A stretch of DNA of 64,000 nucleotides from Schmidtea nova (Eukaryota). The stretch spans positions 25,482,001 through 25,546,000 of the forward strand of contig CM097882.1 of the NCBI GenBank assembly GCA_044892505.1, in the 5' to 3' direction. Shown here piece after piece: positions 26,901 to 37,658 of this stretch (its first letter is position 1; each line of letters begins with the position of its first letter). The notes beneath the pieces were generated by a model. The model was not told the DNA's origin, did not search any database, and worked only from the letters and a program-made list of their open reading frames with translations. Both the position numbers and the translations under genes were made by a program.

Positions 26901-29900
26901 AATTATCTTTCATTTTTAATATAAAAATGTATTGTTTAATTATTGTTTAAATTTTCGTTTACATTATTGTAAGTTGTAAATATTGGGTTTATGTATGTGT
27001 TTTAGAAATTGACTGTCTCAAACTGTTTTCGTGTGTTATTAAATTAATATATTCAAAGCAATGTCGAGGAGTATTTAAACAAAAACTGTTGAAATATCTG
27101 AAATTCTAAATCAATTTTGTGATCTTTCTAAATTTGAAAGAAATTTAAGTGAAGAGAAATTATTGGTATTTGAAATAATATCGATTTTAATTACGCAGTT
27201 TTATGGATTTTGGATAAATTTAAAAAGACAATTTTTGTAAAAATTACACAGCGATCACTTTATGTTTGGAAAATAATTTTAAGAAGAATTGGTATTCAAT
27301 AGGATTTTATTTAATCAAACAATATCATTCCATATGGATTTTGTAGTTCTAAATCTAGCCGCAAAATGTAAGGAGAATTAGTGGCATGTTTCGGGATAAA
27401 TAAATCCAAGTATTTAATTGATAAATATTCAGAACTTGCATTAAAAGAATCTGATGAGCTACAATAATGTGATTACTAATGTCGAGAATTTAAAATCTCT
27501 GGAAGCTTGGATAAAATGTTTCCAGTAAATTATCAAACGGTGTGTGAATTTATAAAAGTTGGTGATGATGAATGGAAAATCATTCAAATACAATGGATAG
27601 ACAAATTGAATAGCTGAAGCAATATAATGAAATTTCCACGAAAAAAAGTAATCTTCAAATCTGCAAGTCTATCAATATTCAGCAGAATTCAAATTTAAAA
27701 GATTTTGGAAGTGTGATCTGGGTCAAAATAGCAATATGTCGATATCGTATTCAATATATTGAAAATAAAAGCTCATAAATCCGTCTAGCAAGTTGTGAAA
27801 TTATTTAATTTTCTCCAATTTAACCAATATTGTTAAATATATCATATAAAATGAAATATATATTTACATAAGCACTTTGAAGAATAAAATTGATATTTTG
27901 AAACTTGACGTTGTTTTTTTACTTATAAAGGAAGTAAAGTACACCTATAAAAGTACATATTTAAATAATAATTAATTTTAATTAAATAATAATTAATTTC
28001 TTTATTTAATTATTCCTATATAACAAACACCGACAAATTATTCGACCCGTAGACTAATAAAGACGTTTTTAATGCATATTTTCAGACTAAAAGTACACAG
28101 TTGGCAACTTTAGTAATATTCGGGACTAAATATCTGGCTTTATTTATTTGGAATAAAGGATTTGAATTGAATATAAATTAAAAATTTATGCAAATATAAT
28201 CGTGTTGAAGTTTGGCTCGTGAAAATTTGATTTTAATGGTCAAATACATTAGCCTTGTGATTCCCAAAGTGGGGCGCACGCCCACGTGGTGGCAAATTGA
28301 AGCTTTTTTAAAAACCAAATCAATGGCCTTCTAGACTACACGTGAATAAGAGTTCACTTTCACATAGCCAAAAACCGTTGGTAACGCTACATAAACAAAA
28401 ATTTATGGAACAAGTAAAGAATAATGAACGGAAGAATAACAATTGTAGCAAAATATTCCTAAATAGTGCAAATGTAACGAATATTGTTTTCGATGAGTTT
28501 CATTTTTCGTAAGACTTTAGATCAAAGCAATTCTATTATTAAGTACACGATATTTCGGCACAGCCTTTATCAAATACGTAATTGATAAAGGATTGTGTTG
28601 AAATATCGTGTACCTTATACAAAAATTGTTTTGATCTAGTCTTATAAAAATTAATATGAAATTTATTTAATTAAAAAAGATTTAGTTAATGAACTACCAT
28701 CACTTACCCAAAACAGTGTTGGGCGCTTATTTTCAGCGATGTATTATATCAAATCTGGCCTACATGCTAATTTGAAAGAATATTGTTTTTTGAGAACCAA
28801 CTCTTATGTGAGATCAACATATCTTTAAAAACTTAATGGAGTCCTTCCGTAATTTACGAGAAAAATTATTTTTATTAAATATTTTTAACTATAAATACAA
28901 TGTTAAGGTCTGAAATTAAATATGCGCTTTGTTTAGTTATTATTCCTTTATAAAATGTTTAAAAATGTTATAAATAAAGTCAACTTTTTCAGTTTTCATT
29001 ACTTTATTTTTATGTATATTTGGCATATTGTGTAACCAAACTATGCATTATGTATTGTCAGTCTTGAATGTCATTAAAAATTTACATTATATTTGAGAAA
29101 AAAGTTTCTTCCACATTTCTACTTTCAACAAGACCTTTCTTGATTGATTAAAGAGTAACTTATTCGGTGTCTTAAATATTCTCGATGAGAAAACTTCAAC
29201 ACTATCTGTCTACTTAAATTGATGGTATTAAACTAACGCTAATCGGGAAAAACGTTAAAAGTGTAGTTAATTGACGAGAGAATCTTGTGGGTTACACAGC
29301 CTGAATTCCATCAAAAAAAAGATACAGGTGAGAATAAATCAAAAAGAAAAGAAACCAGTGGAAAATTTTTAATTAACCACACTGTTTCGTTTAATTTTAT
29401 CATTAGATCGCAATTGGTAAATTTAATTTTAATTACTATTTTATATCCTTTTTTCAATTAAATAACTCAAATTTACTATCCATTTCCGTTAAATAATGTT
29501 TAATTGATTATTTAATATTTATAGCGTTATTAAAGTTAATAACACAATTTATTAGAAATAAAACTAAAACCTTACCGGATTGAATAACAGGAATCTGATT
29601 GATATCCGATCGATCTGTTTCCACCACTATATTGACATTTTCATGTGACAAATCACTGTCAATGGAAACTTCAATTGGAGGATTGACAATGGAATTAGGA
29701 TAAATAGAATAAGGTTGACTATTTACAATTGTAGAGGTATTATTGATATTAATTGATGTCGGGTGGATATTCTCGGGATAATTGGTCAAGAATGGTGTTT
29801 GATAGGCACTCATTTGATAGCCCGGTGGTAGAAATGTATTAAATCCTTCAATCAGATCTTGATGTCCATGAAATAGAGTTAAAACATTTTGAATTACTGT

Positions 29901-30187
29901 TTCTGTGTTTATTCTAAAACTCACAAATTGTTTAATTATATTTACAGTTTGATTTGGACACGAATTCAATACTTTTGAGCTTTGAAATCTTTCATAACTT
30001 CGAGAAATTTTTTATAGATTTCCTCATTAAATCTTCCTTTAACTCGATCGATATATTTCAAAGCATCTTCTACTTTTAGCTTTCCTGAGTTTTCTGCAGT
30101 GGTTTGGATGTTGTAGTTTGGATTTCCACTCGTCATTGTACTGTGATAACTTGGAAAATGGGAATGATCAGTGCCTGGATTAGACAT
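8903..30187 (-). CDS. SIN3: SIN3 transcriptional co-repressor (PAH1-3, HDAC-interaction domain, Sin3 C-terminal region), ~1198 aa, 13 coding exons
   Basis: Exons (minus): 30187-29973, 29913-29576, 26773-26673, 26619-26407 (alternative donor 26428), 22981-22289, 19230-18988, 18920-18643, 15548-15290, 12909-12535, 12474-12302, 12244-12099, 9518-9242, 9188-8903. All introns are GT-AG with compatible phases; total 3597 nt. Motifs: [14 protein letters not shown]...[13 protein letters not shown] (PAH1), [31 protein letters not shown] (PAH2), [39 protein letters not shown]. Confidence 0.93.
9950..10830 (+). pseudogene. Degenerate mariner transposase in SIN3 intron 11
   Basis: [58 protein letters not shown], with stops. 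Confidence 0.82.
11455..12040. repeat. ~78-bp AT-rich tandem array split by a ~200-bp foldback insertion
   Basis: aaagtgcaatataatgtgattt recurs at ~11466, 11543, 11621, 11905 and 11984. Confidence 0.85.
11671..11832. repeat. Foldback: perfect 44-bp inverted repeat with 74-nt spacer containing a hammerhead-like motif
   Basis: 11671-11714 is the exact reverse complement of 11789-11832. Confidence 0.9.
13525..13557 (+). ncRNA. Hammerhead-like motif (U3:A8 variant), representative of a dispersed ~150-bp repeat family
   Basis: ACAC-TTGATAA-A-GGC(TGT)GCC-GAAA-TA-TT-GTGT. Other copies at 11734-11766(-), 26222-26254(-), 26258-26292(+), 28543-28577(-) and 28580-28613(+). Confidence 0.45.
14400..14760 (-). 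mobile_element. Penelope-like retroelement relic (GIY-YIG endonuclease, 3' end of ORF)
   Basis: [40 protein letters not shown]...[16 protein letters not shown] matches the PLE VY...C..C...Y.G.T.R.L..R..EH / EALYI...P.LN.Q pattern; one internal stop. Confidence 0.78.
16960..17290 (-). pseudogene. Degenerate hAT transposase related to the element at 1078-3861
   Basis: [12 protein letters not shown]...[18 protein letters not shown]...[13 protein letters not shown] aligns by eye to SFDEWTSSRNRRYL...FWNLGLARVVGSLPAEKC...[13 protein letters not shown]. Confidence 0.75.
17870..18630. repeat. ~85-97-bp tandem array (about 8 copies) in SIN3 intron 7
   Basis: Recurring aaaagagaattagatcaatattagcactttatcaata...tataggtaaacagtacaaatat. 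Confidence 0.9.
19506..19777. mobile_element. hAT-type MITE (272 bp)
   Basis: TIRs CAGAGGTGCTCAAA / TTTGAGCACCCCTG; flanking 8-mers CTATATAC / CTGTATAC (7/8 match). Confidence 0.8.
20330..21260 (+). pseudogene. Degenerate hAT transposase (C-terminal half)
   Basis: [51 protein letters not shown]...[11 protein letters not shown], with stops. Confidence 0.8.
21430..22080. repeat. Almost pure A/T tandem array (~85-bp unit, degenerating)
   Basis: Repeated ttcaaaattcatggtaaaaataaataaatcctaataat blocks. Confidence 0.8.
24032..25329 (+). mobile_element. maT-family (DD37D) Tc1/mariner element, 1298 bp
   Basis: TIRs (T/C)AG(A/G)GTGTT(C/T)GGGATAAATTTGACA flanked by TA. Transposase FFSDEKNF...W*QDSAP...SPDLNPMD has exactly 37 residues between the 2nd and 3rd Asp. 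Confidence 0.9.
24128..25207 (+). pseudogene. maT transposase with one premature TAG (24899-24901)
   Basis: ORFs 24128-24901 and 24947-25207 are in the same frame, separated by one stop in the expected W-Q-Q-D motif. Confidence 0.85.
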
Positions 30188-30917
30188 GTGTTGTAATGAC
30201 TACACATAAAATTAAATTCTAAAATTCGAATAAAAGAAAGAAATAAACATAAAAAATACATTTAATTAAATTTGTGTTAAAGATTTACAAGATTTTTCAA
30301 AAATTATAATCTATAAATTAAAAATGGGTATTTATTTATATTACATTTTAAAACAAATTGACAACAGAGTGCCAATTATTGTTTTGGAATTTTTAATAAT
30401 TTTTATAATAAATTTTTAAATGCTTAAACATTTAATTACAAATTATTATTTAGTATTTAATTAAGGATTATTTTAATAAAAATTTATTTATAAATTAACA
30501 TAAAAATATAATGATTTTGTTCATTATATATAAGCTGCTAATGTCCGGTATTAAAAATAAAATACTTTATAATTATGTTGGTGTATATGTTGTTAAAATT
30601 AATTGTTTTTTATAGCCCTTAAAACCCTTGAAACCCTCATGACTTTTTACGATGATCTCACACTTGTATCCATAATTACTTTTCGGTAATTATGTTATTA
30701 AATAGTAGATTGCTGTAAGGTTTCTGACCTTGGATTAGTATGGTAATAAATGTTGTCGGCAATCATCAGATAGTACTCTATAGACTCCTCAATCATTATC
30801 CCACATTATATATCCGTGAACGTATGACTGGGCACGTTCACATTTGTACAGCATATATGTGGTCGATAGTTTACTTTAGCAATGAGATAGATTGATGAAC
30901 TTTGTACCCACACCTAT

Positions 30918-31055
30918 TGGTGGGTTGTTGATCGTCAATATTACCTTGACGTTGCTATGGTTCACATCAACAACTCAACACATAAAACATTTAAATAACC
31001 ATCTTGTTGCCCGTCACAATGTAACGTTGGTAATGCAACAAATTGGTGGGTATTC
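30918..31055 (-). mobile_element. Terminal 138 bp of an older related LTR (left piece)
   Basis: Begins TGGTGGGTTGTTGATCGTC like the young LTR; diverged duplicate of 31060-31200; continues at 50412. Confidence 0.85.
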
Positions 31056-31059
31056 GTAA

Positions 31060-34000
31060 TGGTGGGTTGTTGATCGTCAATATGACCTTGACGTTGCTAT
31101 GGCTCCCATCAACAACTCAACACATAAAACATTTAAACTACCATCTTGTTACCCGTCACTATGTAACGTTGGTACTGTAACAAGTGGGTGGGTATTCGCA
31201 ATCAGTGAGCGTCGTCAATACGAAACTATGATTGACCGAATATCTCCTGGGTCCAAGGGCTACCGATAGAAGGTTTATTGCCCGTTTTGTCCCTTCTTCG
31301 ACGATTTATCTATAAGCATTCAACAAAATTTTCATCGGAAATTCAACATAAACACTCTACATAACTATAAATTCATTAATACATCCAAATAAATTCTTCC
31401 GAGCATCAAAAACACTAATATACCCCTATATTTTACCAATATTGCATTTTATGATAATTAATACATAAAATATTATATTTTTATAGAAAAATTTTAATCT
31501 GCATTTGAAATTTAAGAAAAATTTTAATTATTACCGTAATTTTATCGAGTTTAGAAAGAATAAAAAATAAAATTTCCGTTTGTTTAAAATTGCTAATTTA
31601 ATCAAAAGGACAAATTTACTCAATTTAAAATTTATATTAATTTTAAATGTAATTTTATGAATTTTTCGCTAAATTGATAAATTAACTATTTCTATAGTTC
31701 AGATCCACAAGAAATGGACCTTTCCAGAAACTACGAAGCCAGAGGAAAATTCTCCCACCCCAAACGGGTCAATCCGATTAGAACTCGAGCTCCTATGAAG
31801 CAAAATAGCCCGCTCTACCAACCAAGTAAAATTTTGATTATTTCAGAATTATAATTTATTTTGAACAATTTTAGAAAATTTCTTGAAGAGAATAAGTTAG
31901 AACTGGTCCTTCAAGCATTGGAAACCGGAGAAAAATCCTTGCCGGGGACTCTTATCCCTCAAACTGAATTTTTATCAATAAATCTTTAAATAAAAATTTT
32001 TCCGTCTTTACTCTTTTTCGTTTGAGTTCTTATTATTTTTATGAGATTTTTGTAAATTAAAAATAAACTGTAATGTAAATGGCCTATTTGGCTGGGTAAA
32101 TTCAATTTTATATGGTAGGTTTGAATGATAGAAATTTTTGTATGGTTTTTCTGGATGTATGTTGCCGACTAACATAACTGTGTAGAATTTTCAGTATTGT
32201 TTGCTTGTGTGTATATAACTATTGAATGCTAATAAATGATACTGTGTATGTGTGTATATTGTATTTTAAATATATGTTGCTTGTGTATTAGTATGGGAAA
32301 TGTTATTGAATGAAATGGATGTATTTTTTTGCAATTAGGGATGCATTGCGATTTTTGAGATATCGTGGGGGTATTTATAATATACTATATATATAAATTA
32401 TATAAAATAATTTTAAAATTAAAATAATAATAATAATTTTTATAATACTTTTTATAAATTTACGAAAATAATACAATAATAAAATTTCCAATTTTTATAT
32501 TATAAATTTTTATAATACTTTTTATAAACTTTAAATTTATAATTTTGTAAAATAAAATTTCTAATTTTTACAATACACATTTTTTATAATAATTTTTATA
32601 AATTTTTAATTTATAGTTTTATGAATATAATAATAAAATTTATAATTTTTATAATATACACTTATATAATACTTTTTATAAATTTCTAATTTATAATTTT
32701 ATGAAAGTAATATAATAATAAAATTTCTAATTTTTATAATATAAATTTTATAATACTTTTTATAAATTTTAGTTTTATAATTTTATGGAAATAATACAAT
32801 AATAAAATTCCTAATTTTTATATTATAAATTTTTATAATGCTTTTTATAAGTTTAATAATATAATAATACCATTTCTAATTTTTATAATATGAATTTTTA
32901 TAGTCGAATTTTTATATTTTAAGTATATATATATAGTAAAAAATTTTCCTATAGAATTTTGAAATTTTGGATTTTCTGAAATGATAAAATTTTCATTATG
33001 ATAATAATATTTTTGATTTAAAAAATTTTTATGGGTTTCAAAGATAAATTTTGATTTATAAATCCTTAGGAATTTTATAAAATAACAAAATCTTTTATAT
33101 CATAACAATATTCGGAGAATTTTGGTTCACCATTTTTCATTATAAAAATTTTTCCAATATAATAAAAAGTAAATTTTTATTTTTTGATCGAAACGAAATT
33201 CACATGATAATAAATTTTTCATCCATAAATTTCGAAATCTAAATAAGCATTTAATCTAAAAAATTTTTATATGCTAAATAAAAATAAAATAAAAATAAGT
33301 TATAAATTTTTCAACGAAAAAATTTTTTCGACATCGAATAAAGTTAATTTCGGTTTCATTATTATTCCATCGGATTTGAGCATTAATTCGAACGATTTAC
33401 TTTTTCATATCGGTTTTTAATATTCTGGATCTTGGATGAGAAGAAAATTATTGTGAAGGTGAAGGCGAAGGACGAGTAAAATGTTTTTGCATAATTATTT
33501 TTCCTAATGGAAAAGACATTGTTGGAGAGATTTGTCTTTACGTTTTCATGTGGTATTACTTTTCAATATATTAAAATTTATAAATTCGGATAAGTTACAT
33601 TTATTATAAATAAATATCATTAATATAACACCTTGCCTTGGGCCAAGCCACTGTTCCCCAGTTGGGATGAAGTGATCTTGGATGGTTAGGCTATTCACCT
33701 GACTCGGAAAAATGGACTGATCGATTTACGTATCGAACCAGCGATCCGCTCAGGCTACTTCCACCCGATCGGCACAAGGCCAGACACAGGCTTCAGGGGG
33801 TATGGAAAAAAAAAATTTTTGTTTTATTTAGATACTTTTATCATTTATTAAGATAATATTGCGAATTTAATTCTCGGAGATTTTGTGACAAAATCAAAAA
33901 CAAAAAAAAAAAAATTATTAGTAAATATTCTAATATTCATTCAATAATACAAAAATATCATAGCAATAATAATATAAAATTATAAAAATATTACCGGTAC

Positions 34001-34780
34001 GGGGTAATCGAACAGGCATGGTGTTCCATGACCCCGCGCCAACAAAAGAATAGGACTTACGAAATCAAAATTTACAAGCTTCAAAAAATTTCACAAAATT
34101 CTTGACAGAAAAAATTTTTTCACAAATTCTGCACAAATTCTGAATAGATTCCATTTTGATGGCGGTATATATACCGTCGATTTTCGTCACCTTCACCAGT
34201 GTAATAAAACAAATTGTTCTAGAATTTTCGATTTAATTTTTCTAAATTAATTCTAATGATTTTCCGAAAATTAAATCCATATTTTTGTGTAACAATTTTT
34301 TACAAAACACAAATAATTTATTTTAATCCAAAATTTTTATTTTTGAATCGAAATTTGTTCGATTTAATTTAATTTACGATATTTCAATCAATATTAATTC
34401 TTTTTATTGTTAATGTGAAATATTTTGCTAAAATCACAATTTTCGGCTAAAATTCTGTTAATTCTTTCTGCATGAAGGTTTTATAACACAATTCCGCTGT
34501 TTATGGGTATTTTCAATGGGTTTTCCGCCTTATTCTAACTTTTAAACGTTCTTCTTTTGATGGTATTTGATTTTTCTCGAGGTTTCCATGTAAGGGCTTT
34601 CAGACTCACAGCTAGCGCGTTCTCTACTGGTTGATGTGTTGTGAGTTCACTTCACCTTTTGTTGTTTTTCACTTAATTGCTTGGATTTTTAATGGGTTTT
34701 TGGGTTAAAACTGAATCTTGCGCGCTCTCTACCTATGGGGTTATCGTTTGTTTAAAACAATTTGTGGTTTTTGCCCAACA
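31060..34780 (-). repeat. 3' LTR (3721 bp)
   Basis: Direct repeat of 46689-50407. Spot checks found only a 2-bp indel (~32179) and one substitution (~32323). Confidence 0.95.
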
Positions 34781-35021
34781 TAAAATACTCGGGGGCCCGC
34801 AAAAATTGCGTCCCGCAATTTCTCAGAGGGGTTAAGAACCAAGATTAATCAAAGGTCAAAAGGTTGTACATTATACACGAGCTACTTGGTCGTGATCATG
34901 CCATTTGCGACAATAAAAATAAAAAGTGATAAAAATTAATAAAAAGTTAATACGTATACACTAATATGAGTCTACATCGACTCGCAAGCAAAAAAAAAAT
35001 TTAAATATAATGTAATATATG

Positions 35022-35141
35022 TGCCTACAGCGGCTAATCAAAGTTCAATATGAGTCTACAACGACTCGGATAAAAGTTTTATGCCTACAGCGGCTAATCA
35101 AAGTTCAATATGAGTCTACAACGACTCGGATAAAGGTTTTA
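35022..35141. repeat. Two 60-bp tandem copies (plus a partial copy at ~34963) in the element's 3' UTR
   Basis: tgcctacagcggctaatcaaagttcaatatgagtctacaacgactcggataaa present twice. Confidence 0.9.
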
Positions 35142-36110
35142 TAAAGTTCAGTTAAATTGTTTATATTCTGGAACTTGACGAATAGTATTGTATTGGTTGT
35201 TCTATTGTAAATTGAGGATTTGTTTCTCGTTTTCTGGGTCGTCTTGGGGATTGTTCCGGTTTGGTTGACATAGTTGACAATTCATTGGATAATAGCACGG
35301 AGCGATTATAAGGTGATTGAATATGCTCCGTAATTTTTCTCAGTTCGGTCTTGATTTGGATCATATAATTCGGGTTTTCGGATGTGACCGCTCGTAGTTC
35401 ATCATTTGACTTTGTCCATTCTTTCATAGATTATCTGATCTCGATTCATTGGACGATTTATTAAGGTAATTGTTCTGGAATTTGATTGATCGTATGTGGG
35501 GATTTTGGTTCTTGCTTCAAAGGTTTGATTTTTCTCTTGATTGGAGCTTTGTTTTAAGATTTTGGTGGCTTCTTTTTCGCATTATTGCTTTTAATTGTTT
35601 CTTTCAAATTTTTCTTGATTTAACTTAGGTTTCTGCTTCAGTAGTTAAATTAGTATCTTTTCCTTTCCACTTTTCTGGTTTGGATTGTTTTGATTTCATT
35701 GGCTTTCTGATTTGTCTGGTCTTGATGTTTGATAATTTTTGTTGATGTTCGGTCTTTTTATTCTCTATTTTTTCTGATTTACTCAAATATTTTTCTGGCT
35801 TTCCGATTAATTCATTTTTTAATGGCAACTTTTCTGCGAACAAGCTTGACTTTGACTTTAAATGATCTCTTTAATTTATTTCGACCAGTTTTTGTTTTTG
35901 TTTTTGTTTTTATCATTTTTATCATTTTTATCATTTTCTAATTTTTATTTGGTTTTCATTTTTTTCTAATTTTTATTGAATTTTTATTTTTTCTGCTTTT
36001 TATTTAATTTTTTGGATATATATTTTTTCTTTTTACATTTCTTTACAACATTTTCTTTTTACGCTTTACATTTCAATTTCTTTTTACACTTTACCTTTCT
36101 CTTTTATTAT

Positions 36111-37658
36111 TCATACAAACGTCTCTTCAATTTCTCCGAACCCTTCATCTTCAATTCGAGGATTTTCTTGCTCCAATAGTACAGGTTGTATTGGTGTTGG
36201 ATATAGTGGCCATAGAATGATTGGAGGTTGATTTTGTAGGCTCTGAACTCTCTCTCGCAAAGTTCTTGAGATTTTCATCTCTTCATCTAGCAAATATGTC
36301 ATATAATCGAGTTCTTCACTCAGCTGTTCCTTTTCTATCTCGAGCTCTCTCGTATTTTCCATATTTTTCAACCTTTCAATCTCTCTTTCATAGTTTTGGC
36401 GGTTTTCTTCCAAACTTTGGATAGCCATTTCAATCTCATACTGCGATTGCTGGATCGCTTTCTCACATTCGGCCTTTGTTTCTTCTATCTGCCGTCGCTG
36501 GTGTTGAATGACAATGTCTTTATGAGTATTTGTACCTCGATATCCATTGACTTCACGGTTTGCAATAGTCAATTCGATTGTCAATTCTTCAATACTTCTA
36601 TCATCCATATTTTTCTGTTGATCATATTGCCTGTTTTCAAATTCCAGATATTTGATACGAGCTTCTTGATTCCTGGTAAATTTCATTCTCCTTTGATTCC
36701 ATTCGGTTTTTAATTGAATTTGCCGTCTTAATTCTTTGTTTTCTATCTCTTGCTTTTCTGCATTTTCCCACAATTCTGCTTCATTTATTGACATCAGCTT
36801 CTTTGGGAATTCTCGTAGTTCGTCTCGGGTTCTTTTCCAGGTCTTTTTCCATGTTCTGGCTTGTTCTATTAGCCACTTTATTTGATGCTTTATACTTCTT
36901 TCTCTGAACTGTCCGCTCGTTTTCAACTGGAATATTTCTTTTCTGAGTTTCTCCGTTTCCTCATGACGTATGTCTGCATACCAATGACATTCCTCTTTCA
37001 GAGCCTCGATTTGAACGTCTCTCCGTCTTAGTAATTCTTCCTGTAGCATTTTTCTGTGTCGAGCCATTTCCAATAAATCTTGGTGTTCTTGTTTCCATTT
37101 CCTAGCCTCTGCTTTAACTTTTCTAATGATCTTTTCTTGTTCGCTTTCAGGCTCAATGTTTCTTGTTCTGACTTTAAGCTTCTTTTGAGGTTGTCCTCTC
37201 AAAACAAATGCTTCATCTCGACACTTTTCCCATTTCTTTTTCATGGCTTCATATCTGTTCCTTTCACTTTCGAGTTGCTGCTGATAGAATCTTATGGAGT
37301 TGTCATATCTTGTTTCGGTATCTCTTTTATAGGTTTCGAGCTCATCTTTTCTTAATCTCGCTTGATTTTTCAACGGTACCGACTTTCGTTGTTCGTGCTC
37401 GAGTTTTCTCTCCATTTCCCTGTACTCTCGTTTATAATTTTCTAGTTCAGCTTCGATATGCGCTTTATCGTTTATTATCTTTCGCAGTTCCTCGTTTTCC
37501 TCTTTTATTTTGTTGATCTCTTGGGTTCGTTTTTCAATTATTCTGACGTTTTCTTGGATGGCTTCCATTCTTTGTTCATAGCTTTTCATTTGACTTAGTT
37601 GCTCTTGTCTTTTTGCCATCTCCTGATCTAGGATGTCTATCAATTGTTGTATATTCAT
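36111..37658 (-). CDS. 515-aa coiled-coil protein of the LTR element, function unknown
   Basis: Long uninterrupted ORF in very AT-rich DNA, E/K/R/Q-rich heptad pattern, Pro-rich C-terminus, splice acceptor TATTTCAG 1 nt before the ATG. Confidence 0.8.
   Translation of the reverse strand: MNIQQLIDILDQEMAKRQEQLSQMKSYEQRMEAIQENVRIIEKRTQEINKIKEENEELRKIINDKAHIEAELENYKREYREMERKLEHEQRKSVPLKNQARLRKDELETYKRDTETRYDNSIRFYQQQLESERNRYEAMKKKWEKCRDEAFVLRGQPQKKLKVRTRNIEPESEQEKIIRKVKAEARKWKQEHQDLLEMARHRKMLQEELLRRRDVQIEALKEECHWYADIRHEETEKLRKEIFQLKTSGQFRERSIKHQIKWLIEQARTWKKTWKRTRDELREFPKKLMSINEAELWENAEKQEIENKELRRQIQLKTEWNQRRMKFTRNQEARIKYLEFENRQYDQQKNMDDRSIEELTIELTIANREVNGYRGTNTHKDIVIQHQRRQIEETKAECEKAIQQSQYEIEMAIQSLEENRQNYEREIERLKNMENTRELEIEKEQLSEELDYMTYLLDEEMKISRTLRERVQSLQNQPPIILWPLYPTPIQPVLLEQENPRIEDEGFGEIEETFV

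Noticed and set aside
27451-27490. CTGATGA as a hammerhead core
   Set aside because: No stem II followed by GAAA and no stem I complement.
31698-31990. Spliced mini-gene inside the LTR on the + strand (MDLSRNYEARG... / KFLEENKLEL...)
   Set aside because: GT-AG signals exist, but the splice phase leads to a stop after 8 codons, and the old LTR has no recognisable homologue.
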